In this document: positions 52,457 through 64,000 of the stretch, piece by piece
Numbering within the stretch: position 1 is the first letter of the stretch
Layout of the letters: the number at the start of each line of letters is the position of its first letter
Assembly (NCBI GenBank): GCA_010093705.1
Contig: MU006099.1
Span: 124,001 to 188,000, forward strand
Direction of reading: 5' to 3'
Length of the DNA stretch: 64,000 bases
Source: Patellaria atrata CBS 101060
Taxonomy: Eukaryota
Program-made: the position numbers and the translations under genes
The notes under the pieces: generated by a model
Database searches by the model: none
What the model saw: only the letters and a program-made list of their open reading frames with translations
What the model was told of the DNA's origin: nothing

Positions 52457-52517
52457 AGTTGAAGAGAGTTGAAGAGAGTTGAAGAGAGTTGAAGAGAGTT
52501 GAAGAGAGTTGAAGAGA
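52457..52517. repeat. 10-bp minisatellite (GAAGAGAGTT) x~6
   Basis: Five perfect copies plus partial copies. Confidence 0.95.
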
Positions 52518-52726
52518 ACTTGAATCGAAGTCCAGAGTAAGAAATATTCGACGACAATCCGATCTATCGAAGCGTTTCAAACTCCGTGACATCATGACGG
52601 GAACCTGCATTCCCACTTCCTCACCCTCGTTTCAGCCTGCTCCTGCGCATAGGTGACTTCCACCCCTTCCAAGAGTGCCTCTCGATAACAGAACCATACA
52701 AAAACTACCCCACTCCGCCCCTCCCC

Positions 52727-53314
52727 CTAACCCCCCTCCTCTCCCCCCTCCCTCTCCCTCTCCCCCTCCAACCTCCCAACAACCTCCTCCGCAGAAACAA
52801 CATCTCCATACCCAAACTCCCACGCCTCAAGCGCCCTCTCCCCCCTCCCCTCCCCCGTCCCCACCGCATCCCTCACAACCCACGTCTCAAAGCCCCTATT
52901 AAACGCCGCTCTCGCCGACGTATCAACACAACAATCCGTCAACACGCCCGTCACAACGACCCTCTTTACGTTCCTCTCCCTCAGTAGCCCTTCCAACTCG
53001 GTGTTCAAGAAGGCGTCGTACGTGTTCTTCCCAACCACCGGGGACGAGGTGTCCTCGACCAGTGTCTTGATGGCCGGCAGGAGTTCCCAGGGGGGAGAGT
53101 TAGTGTGGATGGACCCGCGCACGCCCCATTTGCGCACGAGCTGGTTTGTTAGGGGCGGCGTGAGGTCGGCCGGGGGGTGGCCGTGTTGGGTGAAGAGGAG
53201 AGGGAGGTCTTGGGTGCGGAAGTAGGATGCGAGGGTGAGGATGATGGGGAGGGCGGTGTGCGTTAGGGGTGTGAAGACGACTTGCATGTCTATCACCAGG
53301 AGTGCGGTTGTCAT
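52727..53314 (-). CDS. Isochorismatase/cysteine hydrolase family protein
   Basis: TALLVIDMQ, KNTYDAF..T.LE..LR and VVVTGVLTDCCVDTSARAAF give the D-K-C triad. Confidence 0.92.
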   Translation of the reverse strand: MTTALLVIDMQVVFTPLTHTALPIILTLASYFRTQDLPLLFTQHGHPPADLTPPLTNQLVRKWGVRGSIHTNSPPWELLPAIKTLVEDTSSPVVGKNTYDAFLNTELEGLLRERNVKRVVVTGVLTDCCVDTSARAAFNRGFETWVVRDAVGTGEGRGERALEAWEFGYGDVVSAEEVVGRLEGEREREGGEEGG

Positions 53315-53882
53315 TGTTGCGGGTTTTTTTTCTTTCTATTTTTGGTTGGAGGAGAGGTTGTAAGATCTGGGAGGCGTTATGGGGTATGGATGGAGGTGGT
53401 CGTGAAGGTTTTGGGCTGCTCGGGGATTGAGATGGTAAGTAGGCGTCCGTTGTTTCGTTTGGACTAGAGTAAGTCTCTTTGTATATTAGATGGTGGATGG
53501 TGACGATGTCAATTTGGTGTATCTGAAATTCTGCTGGATCGGGTTATCTGTAGGTAAGGTAAGTTTGCTTTTGAATTAAGCTTGTAAAGGGTGTAAATTG
53601 ATGTAGGTACCGTGAGTCGAACCTTCATAAGTAGTAAAGCAGCGAGTGTGAGTATGTCGACATTTTGGGTTACATGTGACGTCATCTTCGAGATCACTCA
53701 AGTCTCTTATTGAGGGGAAACCTTATGGTGGCTTGTATGTCGAATGAACTAAGCTTATGACATCGAACGTCTCTTAAATTCTAGTCATTAGCTAGATAGG
53801 TGATATAGAGACGTTAAGAGATTGCTTGACTTATCCAACACATTATCCAAAACAGTAAGCAAATCATTTTGCAGAAATTTCT

Positions 53883-56800
53883 CTACAGTTGTTCTCCTCG
53901 TGATTCAAGTTCATCACACACCCTCTCCAAACCTTTAACACCTCTTATCGCAGCAGCAATATGCCATGGGATAGCACCTCCTTTTGTATCCCGCATGCCC
54001 CTTAACCTACCTAATATACCCAATCCTCGATAACAAACTATCATATCCCTCAGCAAGTTTTCCGCCATATTCCTGAGTCCTACTGATTGTGGACGATCTT
54101 GAGACGATGCTGCTGGCGTGATACCAACACCTATACTACTCCCTGGTATTGATGAAGAGCTTGGCCCACTGGTTCCTGTCGGTGTGGTTAACCCGCCCTC
54201 AGCTACGTTTCCAATGGCGCCCAGGTTTCTAGGACTCCCCGCTTGACCAAACCAAACTATATTAATTCCTATAACAGTTGGCCCTCGGATACTTGAAACA
54301 TATGTGTCTGAGTCGATGGGGTTGCGAATAGGTGTTCCGTCACCGCCACGCTTAACGAGTAGACCACTCGCAATAGCGGGACGGTATTCAATCAAGGAGC
54401 GAGAGTTGTTAACGCGATGCGAAAGTATGACTCCCCAGGTGTCATCGGTTACGTCAACAAGTCGAGCGTCTGGATCGTTCAGAAGATCCTGAGTCTGGTC
54501 CGAAGGGGTGGCAGCGGGGGTGTTCCCAGGTTGATCTGGTGAGATTCCTGGTTGTGGTGTGGTCGCTGGCGTCAATGTCGCTGCATTCATTGACTGGTTG
54601 AAGTTAGACAATGCAGCCGGAATCAGCTTGATGTTAGGTGATGGGTCCACAGCAACGAGGAACACCAAGATTGGATTTTGTGATGGTGCGTTGATAAGCG
54701 ATACCCAAGCTGAAGTCTCTTCCTTATCCATAACACCAGCACTCGCAATGGAAACACGCCATGTTACGCGTCTGCTCTGTATAATTTGAACTGTGGTCTC
54801 CCAGATTTCTCTTGCAACTTCGATAAAGAGGCGATTCCCTGGAAAACGATAAGAAGCGGTATGCTGGTGTTGTCCCGAGTCATCTGACCAGGCGGCTGTA
54901 ACCCATGAGCCATCGAAGCTGCAAGCATATCCAACATGTAAGCGAGATCCCTCATGAAGGAGATCAGGTGGCGGTTCTGAGGCTAACTTGAAAGGGACCA
55001 TGCGCGGGATGGACTTTTCTAACCGTATTGACGGTGCTGAATAGATGCTGAGCGCCGAAGCATCTTCCACTGCCGAGGAGGGCGGACAGCGGTCATAAAT
55101 TTCGCGAACAAGCCGAAATAAGACGTCCCATTCCAATACGACAGGAGAGTCAAAGGAAGCTACATAATCAATCGGGATAATTTTTAGAATCACATCTGGT
55201 ACGTTTTCTGTTGGACCTTTCGATGACGAATGCTGCCTGTATGCTTCGAATAAAGTCCAGAAAGCTGAACAGAGGTGCCACAAAACATCGGCAGTATTGA
55301 AAGGATGTACAATATAGATTACGTAGGTGTCAATGTTACTAGTCTCCTCGGTTTGTGACAGGTCCAAAGATGCTAGTGCGGCTCCAAGTTCAGCGCAAAC
55401 CTCGTGATAAGATTGCATAGCGTCGTAGAAGGATGGCTCAGTTGGAACGTCAACAGGGGCAAGACCTTCGACGAAATTTCCAGCCGTTTGCCCTCTAATG
55501 TGGGTACCAAGTTTACAGCTATCGTATACGCTGCCAAAGTTCTCAAGGAATGTCGTCACATGCGGTTTAAGGTCCACACTGCGCGGATAGACACAAAATC
55601 CCATGAGATTCTTAGGTCCGCTGGCTGGACCGATGCCTGTAGTCTCCCAAAAAGAAACAGCAGTCGGGAGCATTTCATATACCGCTTCAGATCTACGTAC
55701 ACGAATGTACGGTTGTGCGATAGGGAATATTGGACTGTAATGAGTATTGAGAGCATCCCCTTTTCGCTGTACATGCCTGGGCTGGTTCTTGGCGAACTGA
55801 GAATTCTCGGGAACTGATTCCTGAATCGCAGCAAATGAAGTGATGTCGCATTGCACAGCTCGTTCGAACACTCGACTGGTAGCTAGTTCAATAATTTTTT
55901 CGGCTCTTTGATCGTAGTCATGATTGTTCTCTAATGTGGAGTTATCAGCGTCTAGTGGGTTCGTGCAGTTTTCCGACGCATCTGTGAGAGTGTTGTAGAT
56001 AATTTGGTCAGTTACTAGCTGAACGACGGTTATGAAATCACTTTCGTTGAGATTTAAAGACCTCGGAAGTGTTGATGCTCGGTGGGGTTTAGAAAGGGAT
56101 GGAGACATTGGAGAGGACAGGGGACTAGCCAATTGTCCTTCATCCGCGGATTTAGACCAAGTGACATCCTGTTTTGGGGGAGGTAGTCCAGTTAAGGACC
56201 AATCTGCAGGATCACATTCCAACTGCTGTAATAAGGACTCTAGACTCTTGGAAGTGTCGTTGTCTAGATCATCTACACAATGTGTATCGTCCATGCTAGC
56301 ATCATCTTGTGAAAGGTCCCACTTGCGTTTCGTTCTATCTGCAGTTAACTCTGCCTCGCTCGAGTCTGGTTCATCGTATTGCCCAAATGGAGAGATCCCA
56401 GCGAAAGCTACACTGAGATCATCGCTATCCGTATCTGATTCGAGAGAGGATGAATCTACCTTACGACCCTCGGAATCTTTGGGACCGCCACAACCTGATG
56501 GCCCAGACCTAATCTCTAGACGTGGTATCCCTCGTTGTACTGGAGGTATTTTGAGATCGCTCCGATCAGTTAAATTGATAGAGGGGTGAACACTAGTACC
56601 TTTCTCTTTGACTGAGTTTTCTGCGCTATCAGCCATGAAAGCAAATCGACCTTCGGTATCGTATTTAGCATCGCATAAACTCATATTTTGGCTAAAATCA
56701 ACGTGATTGAAGACGCTATCATGGTGTCGAGATATGCTCTGATCCTGTCCATCAGAATTTGGGCCACTAGAACCTCTTTTAGGTGAGTCAAACAATCGCT

Positions 56801-58983
56801 TTTTCACAAACAGAGGGGATAATGGTGGACTTTGGGGCGTTCCCGATCGAATAGGTTCTTCCTTGATCTCCAAAGAAGGATCCCCGGTGGTTTGAGTAAC
56901 TTCACACGCGTTCACCGACGGCTTTAGGAGATTGAGATCTGGATCCGGCTTGACTTCATCGCGAATATCCACTTTCATTTCTGAGGTGTCTGCAGACTCC
57001 TCTCCAACATGTTTCGGAATAGCCTGGTTGGTGTTGATATCGGTAACTATCTTCCCGTCGTTTTGCTCTGCGTAACCGGAATCGGGTAGCTTCGCATCTA
57101 CATCGGGAGCACTCAGCATATCATCCAGGGAGCTACCACCTAGGTCATCAAAAAAATTGAAATCTGCATCTGTGACGCCTGTGTTACCGAACATTTCTTC
57201 GTCCATATCCTCAAAGAGATCGTTATTGCCGTCATCCACGGCGATATCTGTGTCTATATCCACAAACCCATTAGTGTCGTTCTCCAGTTTTGTAGCATCG
57301 ACGGAATCACTTGTGGGATGGTTCTCCATATTGTTTTCAAATTGAGTAGGTTGGGTATCCATGGTCAAGTTTTGTTGAGGGACCTCAATTTGTATGTGAC
57401 CAGCAATAGATCCATCGGACACAAGACCAGTATGGGAGCCTGACACTAACAGTTGATCTGGAGGCGTCGGATAGACACCAGCAATAGCTTGGATATCATT
57501 ACGAGAATATAGAGGAGATGTTGGGAGGCCTAGTAAGGACTCATTCTGTGTTTTGATACTCTGTTCCTCAAGCTGACGCATCTTTCGTCGAGCTTCCACT
57601 AACTTGTCCTTTGAGGGTTTTGAGCGAAACCATTCTTCAGCAAGTCGTAGAGGGTCCTGAAATCCATTTTGAAAAGAATTCTGAAACCAATCTAGACCTT
57701 GTCTCCTTCGAATGCAGTGACCAAGACAATATTCAGGAACCAAGTCGGGCGTAGTATCTAGTTCTCGAGGAAGTTTGGAAGGAGCATAGATGAAACACAA
57801 CGATGCGGGCCAGCAGAGAGTTCTATGTCGCCAGTTACTTGTATCAGGTTTATCCCCAAAGGAGAAAATAACATTTACCCATGCGTTAGGCGTAGTAGGT
57901 CTAGGTATGCAAATACCCTTAGAAGCTAGCCATCGGATAACTAACCGTTTCCACTCTGATGTTTCTCCAGTGTTCGCCTTAGATTTCACCCTCTTACTAC
58001 TCCTAATATATTCCGCTTCTACCGAGTCAACAACAGCAAGCTTCACTAGTGTCCCACTTGGAGCTATTCGAAGAACGGTTCCACTGGGAAAGGTACGATC
58101 CATCTTGAGAGTATATGTGGAAAGTTGATAAAGATCCGGCCGCAACTGAGAATTGGTGGAAATCACTAGAGTTCCCGAGCTTGTGATTTGCGCCCCTAAC
58201 GTCGTAAGCCATATTGGTCGATTGCTATTTGAGTCCCTCTCTTCCTCTTCCGAGTACGAAGTAGTTGGTTGTGTGACCAAGAAAGTCCTCGAATTTAAGG
58301 GAACTGCTAAAGATTTTTCACTTAGCTGGTACGAGATTGCACCAACAACTGCTGATATAAAAAGTTCGTATATGAAATCTGCCTCATCTAGGAGACGGCC
58401 TCCAGAAGTAGTAGGGGCCACCGCGCCATTGGAATTAGTTTGAAACGCCCTGGCATTCGTAGCTTGTGTCCCTCTTGTGTTGGGCGGCAATGATATGGTA
58501 AAGAGATTTGGGGGTTGGTTACTCGAGATAGACGTTCTGACTATAGATTTACATAAATCTGTTACTTTGATTTCTCCATGATGGTTGTCTAGAGCGGTTA
58601 GTGATTTAGAAACGCCTAGAAATTTGATTGTTTTACGTACGAGTAAGATTCGCGCCTTTCACACCACGCAATATCCCTTCTATCTCAAGTTTCAATTGTT
58701 CCTGACTTCGATCCGTGGAATGAAAGACGTATATAGAACTCTTAGCCGTAGATGCGGCAACTAAATACTTCTGTGCTCGAAATAAACCTTCTATTTCTCG
58801 TAAATTATTTATAAAAGCGATATCTAACGACCCGGAAGGTCTTGGGTCATGAGGGGCGTAGACATCGTATATCACGTTCGCAAATCCTGTCTTTTCGAGA
58901 ATAAGCGCGACGTTATCTATACCAACGAAAGGGAAACTTACAACAGCATGTGCGGTTGTTTGACATGTTTTCAGAAACTCCAT
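53883..58983 (-). CDS. SSN2: Mediator kinase-module subunit Med13 (short introns near 58.5-58.65 kb)
   Basis: MEFLKTC.T start; YELFISAV; WPASLCF; GVYPTPPD; VTDADFNFFD; FWET.G.GP.SGPKN; HVGYA.S.DG.W..AAWSD; PWHIAA at the C-terminus. Confidence 0.93.
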
Positions 58984-59643
58984 TGGAGGTCCCTAATGTC
59001 CAGTCAAGGAACACTCAAATGGTAAGACCGCTGTTGATGCACTCCGACAATAGCAATGTGTCTCGTCATCAACTCAGACTATGACCGGACTCGCTTTTAT
59101 CCAGCACGTCACTATATGCAGTAGCAAGGCCGCCTCCAGCTCGGAGGTACCCTGCTTGTAATGCTGTGTAGAGAAGGCCTCGGAAGAAGCATACTTCCAC
59201 ACTTGTGGAAATAAAAGGCGAGCTTAGGAAGGCAGGCCCTCGAGCGATATCGACTCAGTATATCGGGTTTAGCTCAGTCGCGATACGTGTGGTTGCGAGA
59301 GTAGCAGTCGCGCAGGGACAATCGATAATCGAGGTCAGATCCAACACACATGGGGCGGAGTTATCTATGCTCAGGTAACACTACGCCGATTGATTAATAT
59401 GAGGCTGGTGAGGTGAGGCCGTAGTGAGGCCGGACAGTAAGGGTTTCTCGTCTGAACTCTCCTTACACATGGCGGCAGAGCCAATGGGAAGAAAAAGCGA
59501 CACTCGGTCCGATCGTCTCGCCGCGGCAGTCAACTTTAGGTTAATTTTTCGCGATTCGTCATAGCGAGGTACTCTCCCAAGCATAATTTTTTCTTGAAAC
59601 ATTCCCAAATGCGACAACAGCATCGAGTATATCCACGGCCGAG

Positions 59644-61884
59644 ATGAAGATCTCTAACCACTCGGCCATTCCGGTCTATACCATAGCCGGCTCATCTACT
59701 GCCAGACCTCTCCCAGAGTGGCTAATTCGCAAGAGAAAACGCAGCTTAAAGCACGATCCCGAGTTTGCAAACCGAGTGGAACTCCTACAGGACTTCGAAT
59801 TTGAGGAGGCAAGTTCTTGCGTGAGATCTAGTGAGGATGGCGACTGGGTTATGAGTACAGGTGAGCTAGAATTAACGCCCAGTATACTTTGCGAGCATTT
59901 AAATTGATATCGAGTAGGAACGTACAAGCCCCAGATTCACGTACACTATTTACCACACCTCTCACTATCATTCGCAAGGCACACAGATACCATAAACGAA
60001 ACATTCATTCTCCTCTCATCTGATTACTCAAAATCCCTACACCTTCAAACCGACCGTTTTGTACAGCTACATACCCCACAAGGATGTCACTACTCCACTC
60101 GTATACCCCGATATGGACGGGATTTGATTTACGACAGAAGGTCCGCTGAAGCTCTGATACCTTCCACCGGCGTCAATGAAGATGGTTATGGTGAAGTATT
60201 TAGACTCAACCTTGAGGTGGGTCGATTCATGAAGGGCTATGAGGTGGATGTAGGTGGTGACGATTATGATACTGTTGGTGGAGGCGCATTACAGGGAGGT
60301 ATTAACACTGGGAGTGCGAATACCGCAGCAATCGCAGAACATAGTCACAACCTTCTCGCGTTTGGAACATCGCTTGGCACAGTTGAATTCTGGGATTCAC
60401 GGTCTAGAAGTAGAGTTGGTGTCTTACAACTGCCCTCGGATGCTTCTCCCATGGATAGTCGATCTGAGGTTACTGCTCTCGAATTCCATAGGTCCGGTCT
60501 CAGTTTTGCTGCTGGATCTTCTACTGGACTTATACATTTATATGATCTGCGGTCTCCTATTCCACTCCTTAAAAAGGATCAAGGTTATGGCTACCCGATT
60601 CAAAATCTAAAATTCCTTGACTCTACCTCTACAACCCGAGCGCAAACCCTAGAACCTAAAATATTATCATCTGACAAGAGAATTATCAAGATATGGGATC
60701 CAAGAGACGGAACTCCGTGGACTTCCGTTGAGCCGGCAGTGGACCTCAACCACGTAGAGTGGTGCCCTGACAGCGGAATGCTGCTCACGGCAAATGAAGG
60801 TCGACAGCAGCACGCATTCTTTATCCCCCAACTTGGTCCCGCACCAAAATGGTGCTCTTTCCTGGATAACATGGTAGAAGAAATGGCGGAAGATTCAAAT
60901 GATCCGAATGCCTTTACTTCGAGCAGTGGTGGAGAGATATACGATAACTATAAGTTCCTGACTGTTCCACAACTTCGCGCTTTGAACATAGACCATTTGA
61001 TTGGTACTACCAGCCTCCTTCGGCCTTACATGCATGGATACTTTGTCGCTCAAGAGCTGTATGAGCAAGCAAGATTGATTTCGAATCCAGATATGTGGCA
61101 GGAACAACGAGCTAAGACAATTCAAGAAAAGATAAACAAGGAGAGGGAAAGTCGCATCAGAGGAAACAAAAAGATTACCGTAAAGGTTAATCGCAAATTG
61201 GTTGAGCGTATCTTAGAACGTGATGAAAAGAATGAGAGGCGGAAGGCGAAGCGTGTTCTTGAAAAAGGAGGTGATGATGACGCGGTCGGTGCTAACAGAC
61301 CGGCTGAAGGGGTAGATATGGTTGAGGAGGAAGGGAAAGCTCCTTCAAGCGGGGTCTTCAAAGATCCTCGTTTTGCCCAACTGTTCCAAGATGAGGATTT
61401 CGAGATTGATGAACAGTCTCGAGAATTCCAAGCTCATAATGCTAGTACCAAACCAACTACCCGGATACCTAGGGGTCTTACGGCGGTAGAAGAAGAGGAA
61501 CTTGCTGAACATTACGAGTCAAGTACCGAGGAATCTGAGGACGAGGAGGCGACACGGCAGCGAAGGAGAGATGCGGGTCGAATATCATCTGCATCGTACA
61601 AGAAGTCAGGCCATGTCTCTCAACACCCACAGATGGTAGTATCTTCATCGATAAGAAAACCGCAGCGGAACAGAGACTTATCATTCGGCGCACGAGCAGC
61701 TACAATGAAGGGAAAGCGCACAACATCCGCCAAGAATCAAGTTCTTTCCGGTGACAAAGAAATAACTTTTGCACCGACGCAAAAGCAAAAGCCAGAATTT
61801 ACGGATGACACGCGTGGAGGAAGAAAGACGTCCAGATTTAAAGACAGAAGAAGTGCGAGTGGGAATACATTTAGGAATATGTAA
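59644..61884 (+). CDS. ENP2: Ribosome biogenesis WD40 protein Enp2/NOL10; exons 59644-59860, 59918-61884
   Basis: RVELLQDFEFEEAS; MSTGTYKPQIH across the intron; IPQLGPAPKWCSFLDN; YDNYKF; RPYMHGYF; NUC153-like DPRF..LF.DEDFEID. Confidence 0.95.
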
Positions 61885-62602
61885 ACAGTCGTCGCTGTGG
61901 GAAACGACCCCTGAAACATTATCTACTCTTCCAGAACATGAAGGTTCCGATAGAGGAACCGGGCAATCATCGATCCATCAGGTCCCGCGAAAATAGAGGG
62001 TAGCTATGTGGATTGCGCCTACCAGGATGGATTCGTACGGATATCGTATAAGGGTAACTAGCTATCTCTCTTTCCTATAAGGGTTGGCATTTCTCGGTCT
62101 TTGTACGCTCCGTGAGTAAGTACTGGTGGCCTTGTCAAGTTTGAAGTATCAACTGAGTTTGGCTGTTCTTAAATTAAGTCTTGCCCAAGAATGGGATCTC
62201 TTGGTACTATATACTCTAGGTTTAACTATACAGTACGATGAACGCGATGAGGAGGGGGTGACAGCTGAGTATTCTGTGCTGTCGAAGAAACATAATATGG
62301 CTGAATAACCTAGCAGTAGAGCTATATGAGGGTCACCCGCTCTGGTGCCGAAGAGTTACGTAGAAAGTCAATTATGAAAGAGATTAATTTCAGATTCAGC
62401 TTCGAATTACGGAACTGTCCAGTATGAGGTTGAGGCCGGAAAAGGCGCGCTTTAACGCCGAGGCATCTGGTAACACCTCATTAGCTTGGTGCTTTGACCA
62501 GAACAGCGAACTTCACAAAGACCAGCGGCACCACCTCTAAATAACTCTTAACGTACTCGGCACTTACGATGCATTTACAGGAATATTCTGCTCCAAGTTA
62601 TC

Positions 62603-64000
62603 ATGAATATCACGCCCGAACTACCCAACGGCACCCCCAGTCAACCGCTTCTTCCTCCGGCTACGCCTTCCAAAGATTCGCTACCGACACCAGCATTGAC
62701 CCCAATTGTTGAGCGGCCACATAACGATGAGGATGAATATTTCGCAGGAGAGAAAGGAATCTATAAGGAACAAAGTACGAGGAATATAACAACCGACAGG
62801 GTACCCGGAGGTCAAGTAAATGAAACGGGACAAAGGACAGTTGGCTTATCCGCCAATATGCAATCTATAGAGATTTCGGAAGATCAGCGGAAGAGGAATA
62901 TTGCAAAGATTAGTTCCCCACCTATGGGTCATATGGAAAGCAACAAAGTACTCAAGCTATCCCCAGCGCAAATTCAAGAACTCACTTCGTCACCGTCATC
63001 AGCTCCCTTGCGCCCAGTATCTTCGTCTCGCGGTGGAGCAACCCCATTACTTGAACCCTTAGTGGAACCAGAGACCAACGGTAGAACTATAGATCGCAAT
63101 GACTTGGGAATTCCCGAGAAATATCCTTTGTTCTCAACGGGTGTGAGAGAAAAGAGTACGTCTGCCAGTAATGGTTCACGGTTAGAAGACACCAAACTCT
63201 TGCCAGATCTTCCATCTATAAAAGCTACACCTGGTGCCGTTAAGATTTCTCGTCCTTTGATGTCCTCGAGAGCGGTATCTACCCCTCCTGTAATGCGTCG
63301 AAGGGCATCCTCCAATCGCGGCCCTGCCGTGAAACATGACAGTAGCACGCCGAAGCAAAACCGTTCGTTACTCCCCTCAATAGAATTTGAGGATTCCAAA
63401 AATGCGAAACCTAATGGATCTGATATCCCTTCAAGGGAAGATGCTGCGTCGCCCATGCCTCCAACTATTCCATTGCCTCCAATGTCCATGCCTACATATC
63501 TTCAATTGGAATTGTCATCAGAAAGACCTCCTCCTGTGTATATACATCGATCTGCTACGAGCGACTTTCCTTACGAATCTTCTAAAGTTAAGTTTGAGCG
63601 TTTGTTGAACTTCTTAATCTTACCACCCATGGTGGAACGGGTGCTTTGGTTTGGTGCGTTGGCATGTCTCGACGCGTGGCTCTACACTTTTACAATCCTT
63701 CCTCTTCGCTTTTTAAAAGCTTTGATATTACTCGCGCGGTGGTGGTCGGGAAATGCTGTGCAAGAGGCTAAAGACCTAGCCGCTTTCGTTTATCGTGGTC
63801 TTGGAAGGCTTTGGCGGCGGCGCAAAGCTAGGTCTGATATCTCTACAACATCTACGCCTGCAGGGGACAAAGCTCAATCAAGAAGACCATCGCTTTCCGG
63901 GCAATCAGCACAGGGCACGGCGTCTTTGAAAGATGGGCTAAGCGTTACCACGAACATAGCACAGGAACCGAAACGTAACCGGCCGAGAGCCGCTTTCTAT
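62603..64000 (+). CDS. EMP65: TAPT1/Emp65 (DUF747) ER membrane protein, 5' part (runs off window)
   Basis: After a disordered N-terminus: TYLQLELS..FPYESSKVKFERLLNFLILPP..E..LWFGALACLDAWLYTFTILPLRF. Confidence 0.85.
   Translation, partial: MNITPELPNGTPSQPLLPPATPSKDSLPTPALTPIVERPHNDEDEYFAGEKGIYKEQSTRNITTDRVPGGQVNETGQRTVGLSANMQSIEISEDQRKRNIAKISSPPMGHMESNKVLKLSPAQIQELTSSPSSAPLRPVSSSRGGATPLLEPLVEPETNGRTIDRNDLGIPEKYPLFSTGVREKSTSASNGSRLEDTKLLPDLPSIKATPGAVKISRPLMSSRAVSTPPVMRRRASSNRGPAVKHDSSTPKQNRSLLPSIEFEDSKNAKPNGSDIPSREDAASPMPPTIPLPPMSMPTYLQLELSSERPPPVYIHRSATSDFPYESSKVKFERLLNFLILPPMVERVLWFGALACLDAWLYTFTILPLRFLKALILLARWWSGNAVQEAKDLAAFVYRGLGRLWRRRKARSDISTTSTPAGDKAQSRRPSLSGQSAQGTASLKDGLSVTTNIAQEPKRNRPRAAFY

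Noticed and set aside
42995..53314. Secondary-metabolite or siderophore cluster (FRE, glyoxalase, isochorismatase)
   Set aside because: No NRPS, PKS, transporter or cluster regulator; the genes are widely spaced among housekeeping genes.
59265..59345. TAGCTCAGTCG tRNA A-box-like string
   Set aside because: No T-loop GTTCRA or cloverleaf follows; it lies in the MED13/ENP2 divergent promoter region.

Overview
Eukaryotic DNA from a filamentous ascomycete (Pezizomycotina-type GT-AG introns with CTRAC branch sites). Intact intron-containing genes include mitochondrial ribosomal protein bL33m, a ~1,640-aa coiled-coil protein, a type I membrane protein, an SDR and a mitochondrial 2-oxoglutarate/malate-type carrier. 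They also include VPS27 and DOA4 (head-to-head), a glyoxalase, a small mitochondrial protein, an isochorismatase-family hydrolase, MED13, ENP2/NOL10 and a partial EMP65/TAPT1. A ferric reductase is present as a pseudogene. Between ~11 and ~31 kb lies a gene-poor island of decayed ORFs and local duplications. The main discovery is in that island: a + strand, apparently non-coding, multi-intron locus (~20.1-26.8 kb). About 14 consecutive introns, and probably ~20 in total, each carry a box C/D snoRNA-like unit at a nearly fixed position: C box 35-47 nt after the donor, D box ~50 nt before the branch site, and short terminal stems including a compensatory change. The units form tandemly duplicated paralogous subfamilies with no rRNA target I could recognise, resembling a fungal counterpart of the tandem intronic orphan snoRNA arrays of mammals. 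All calls come from manual reading of the sequence; no database searches were run.
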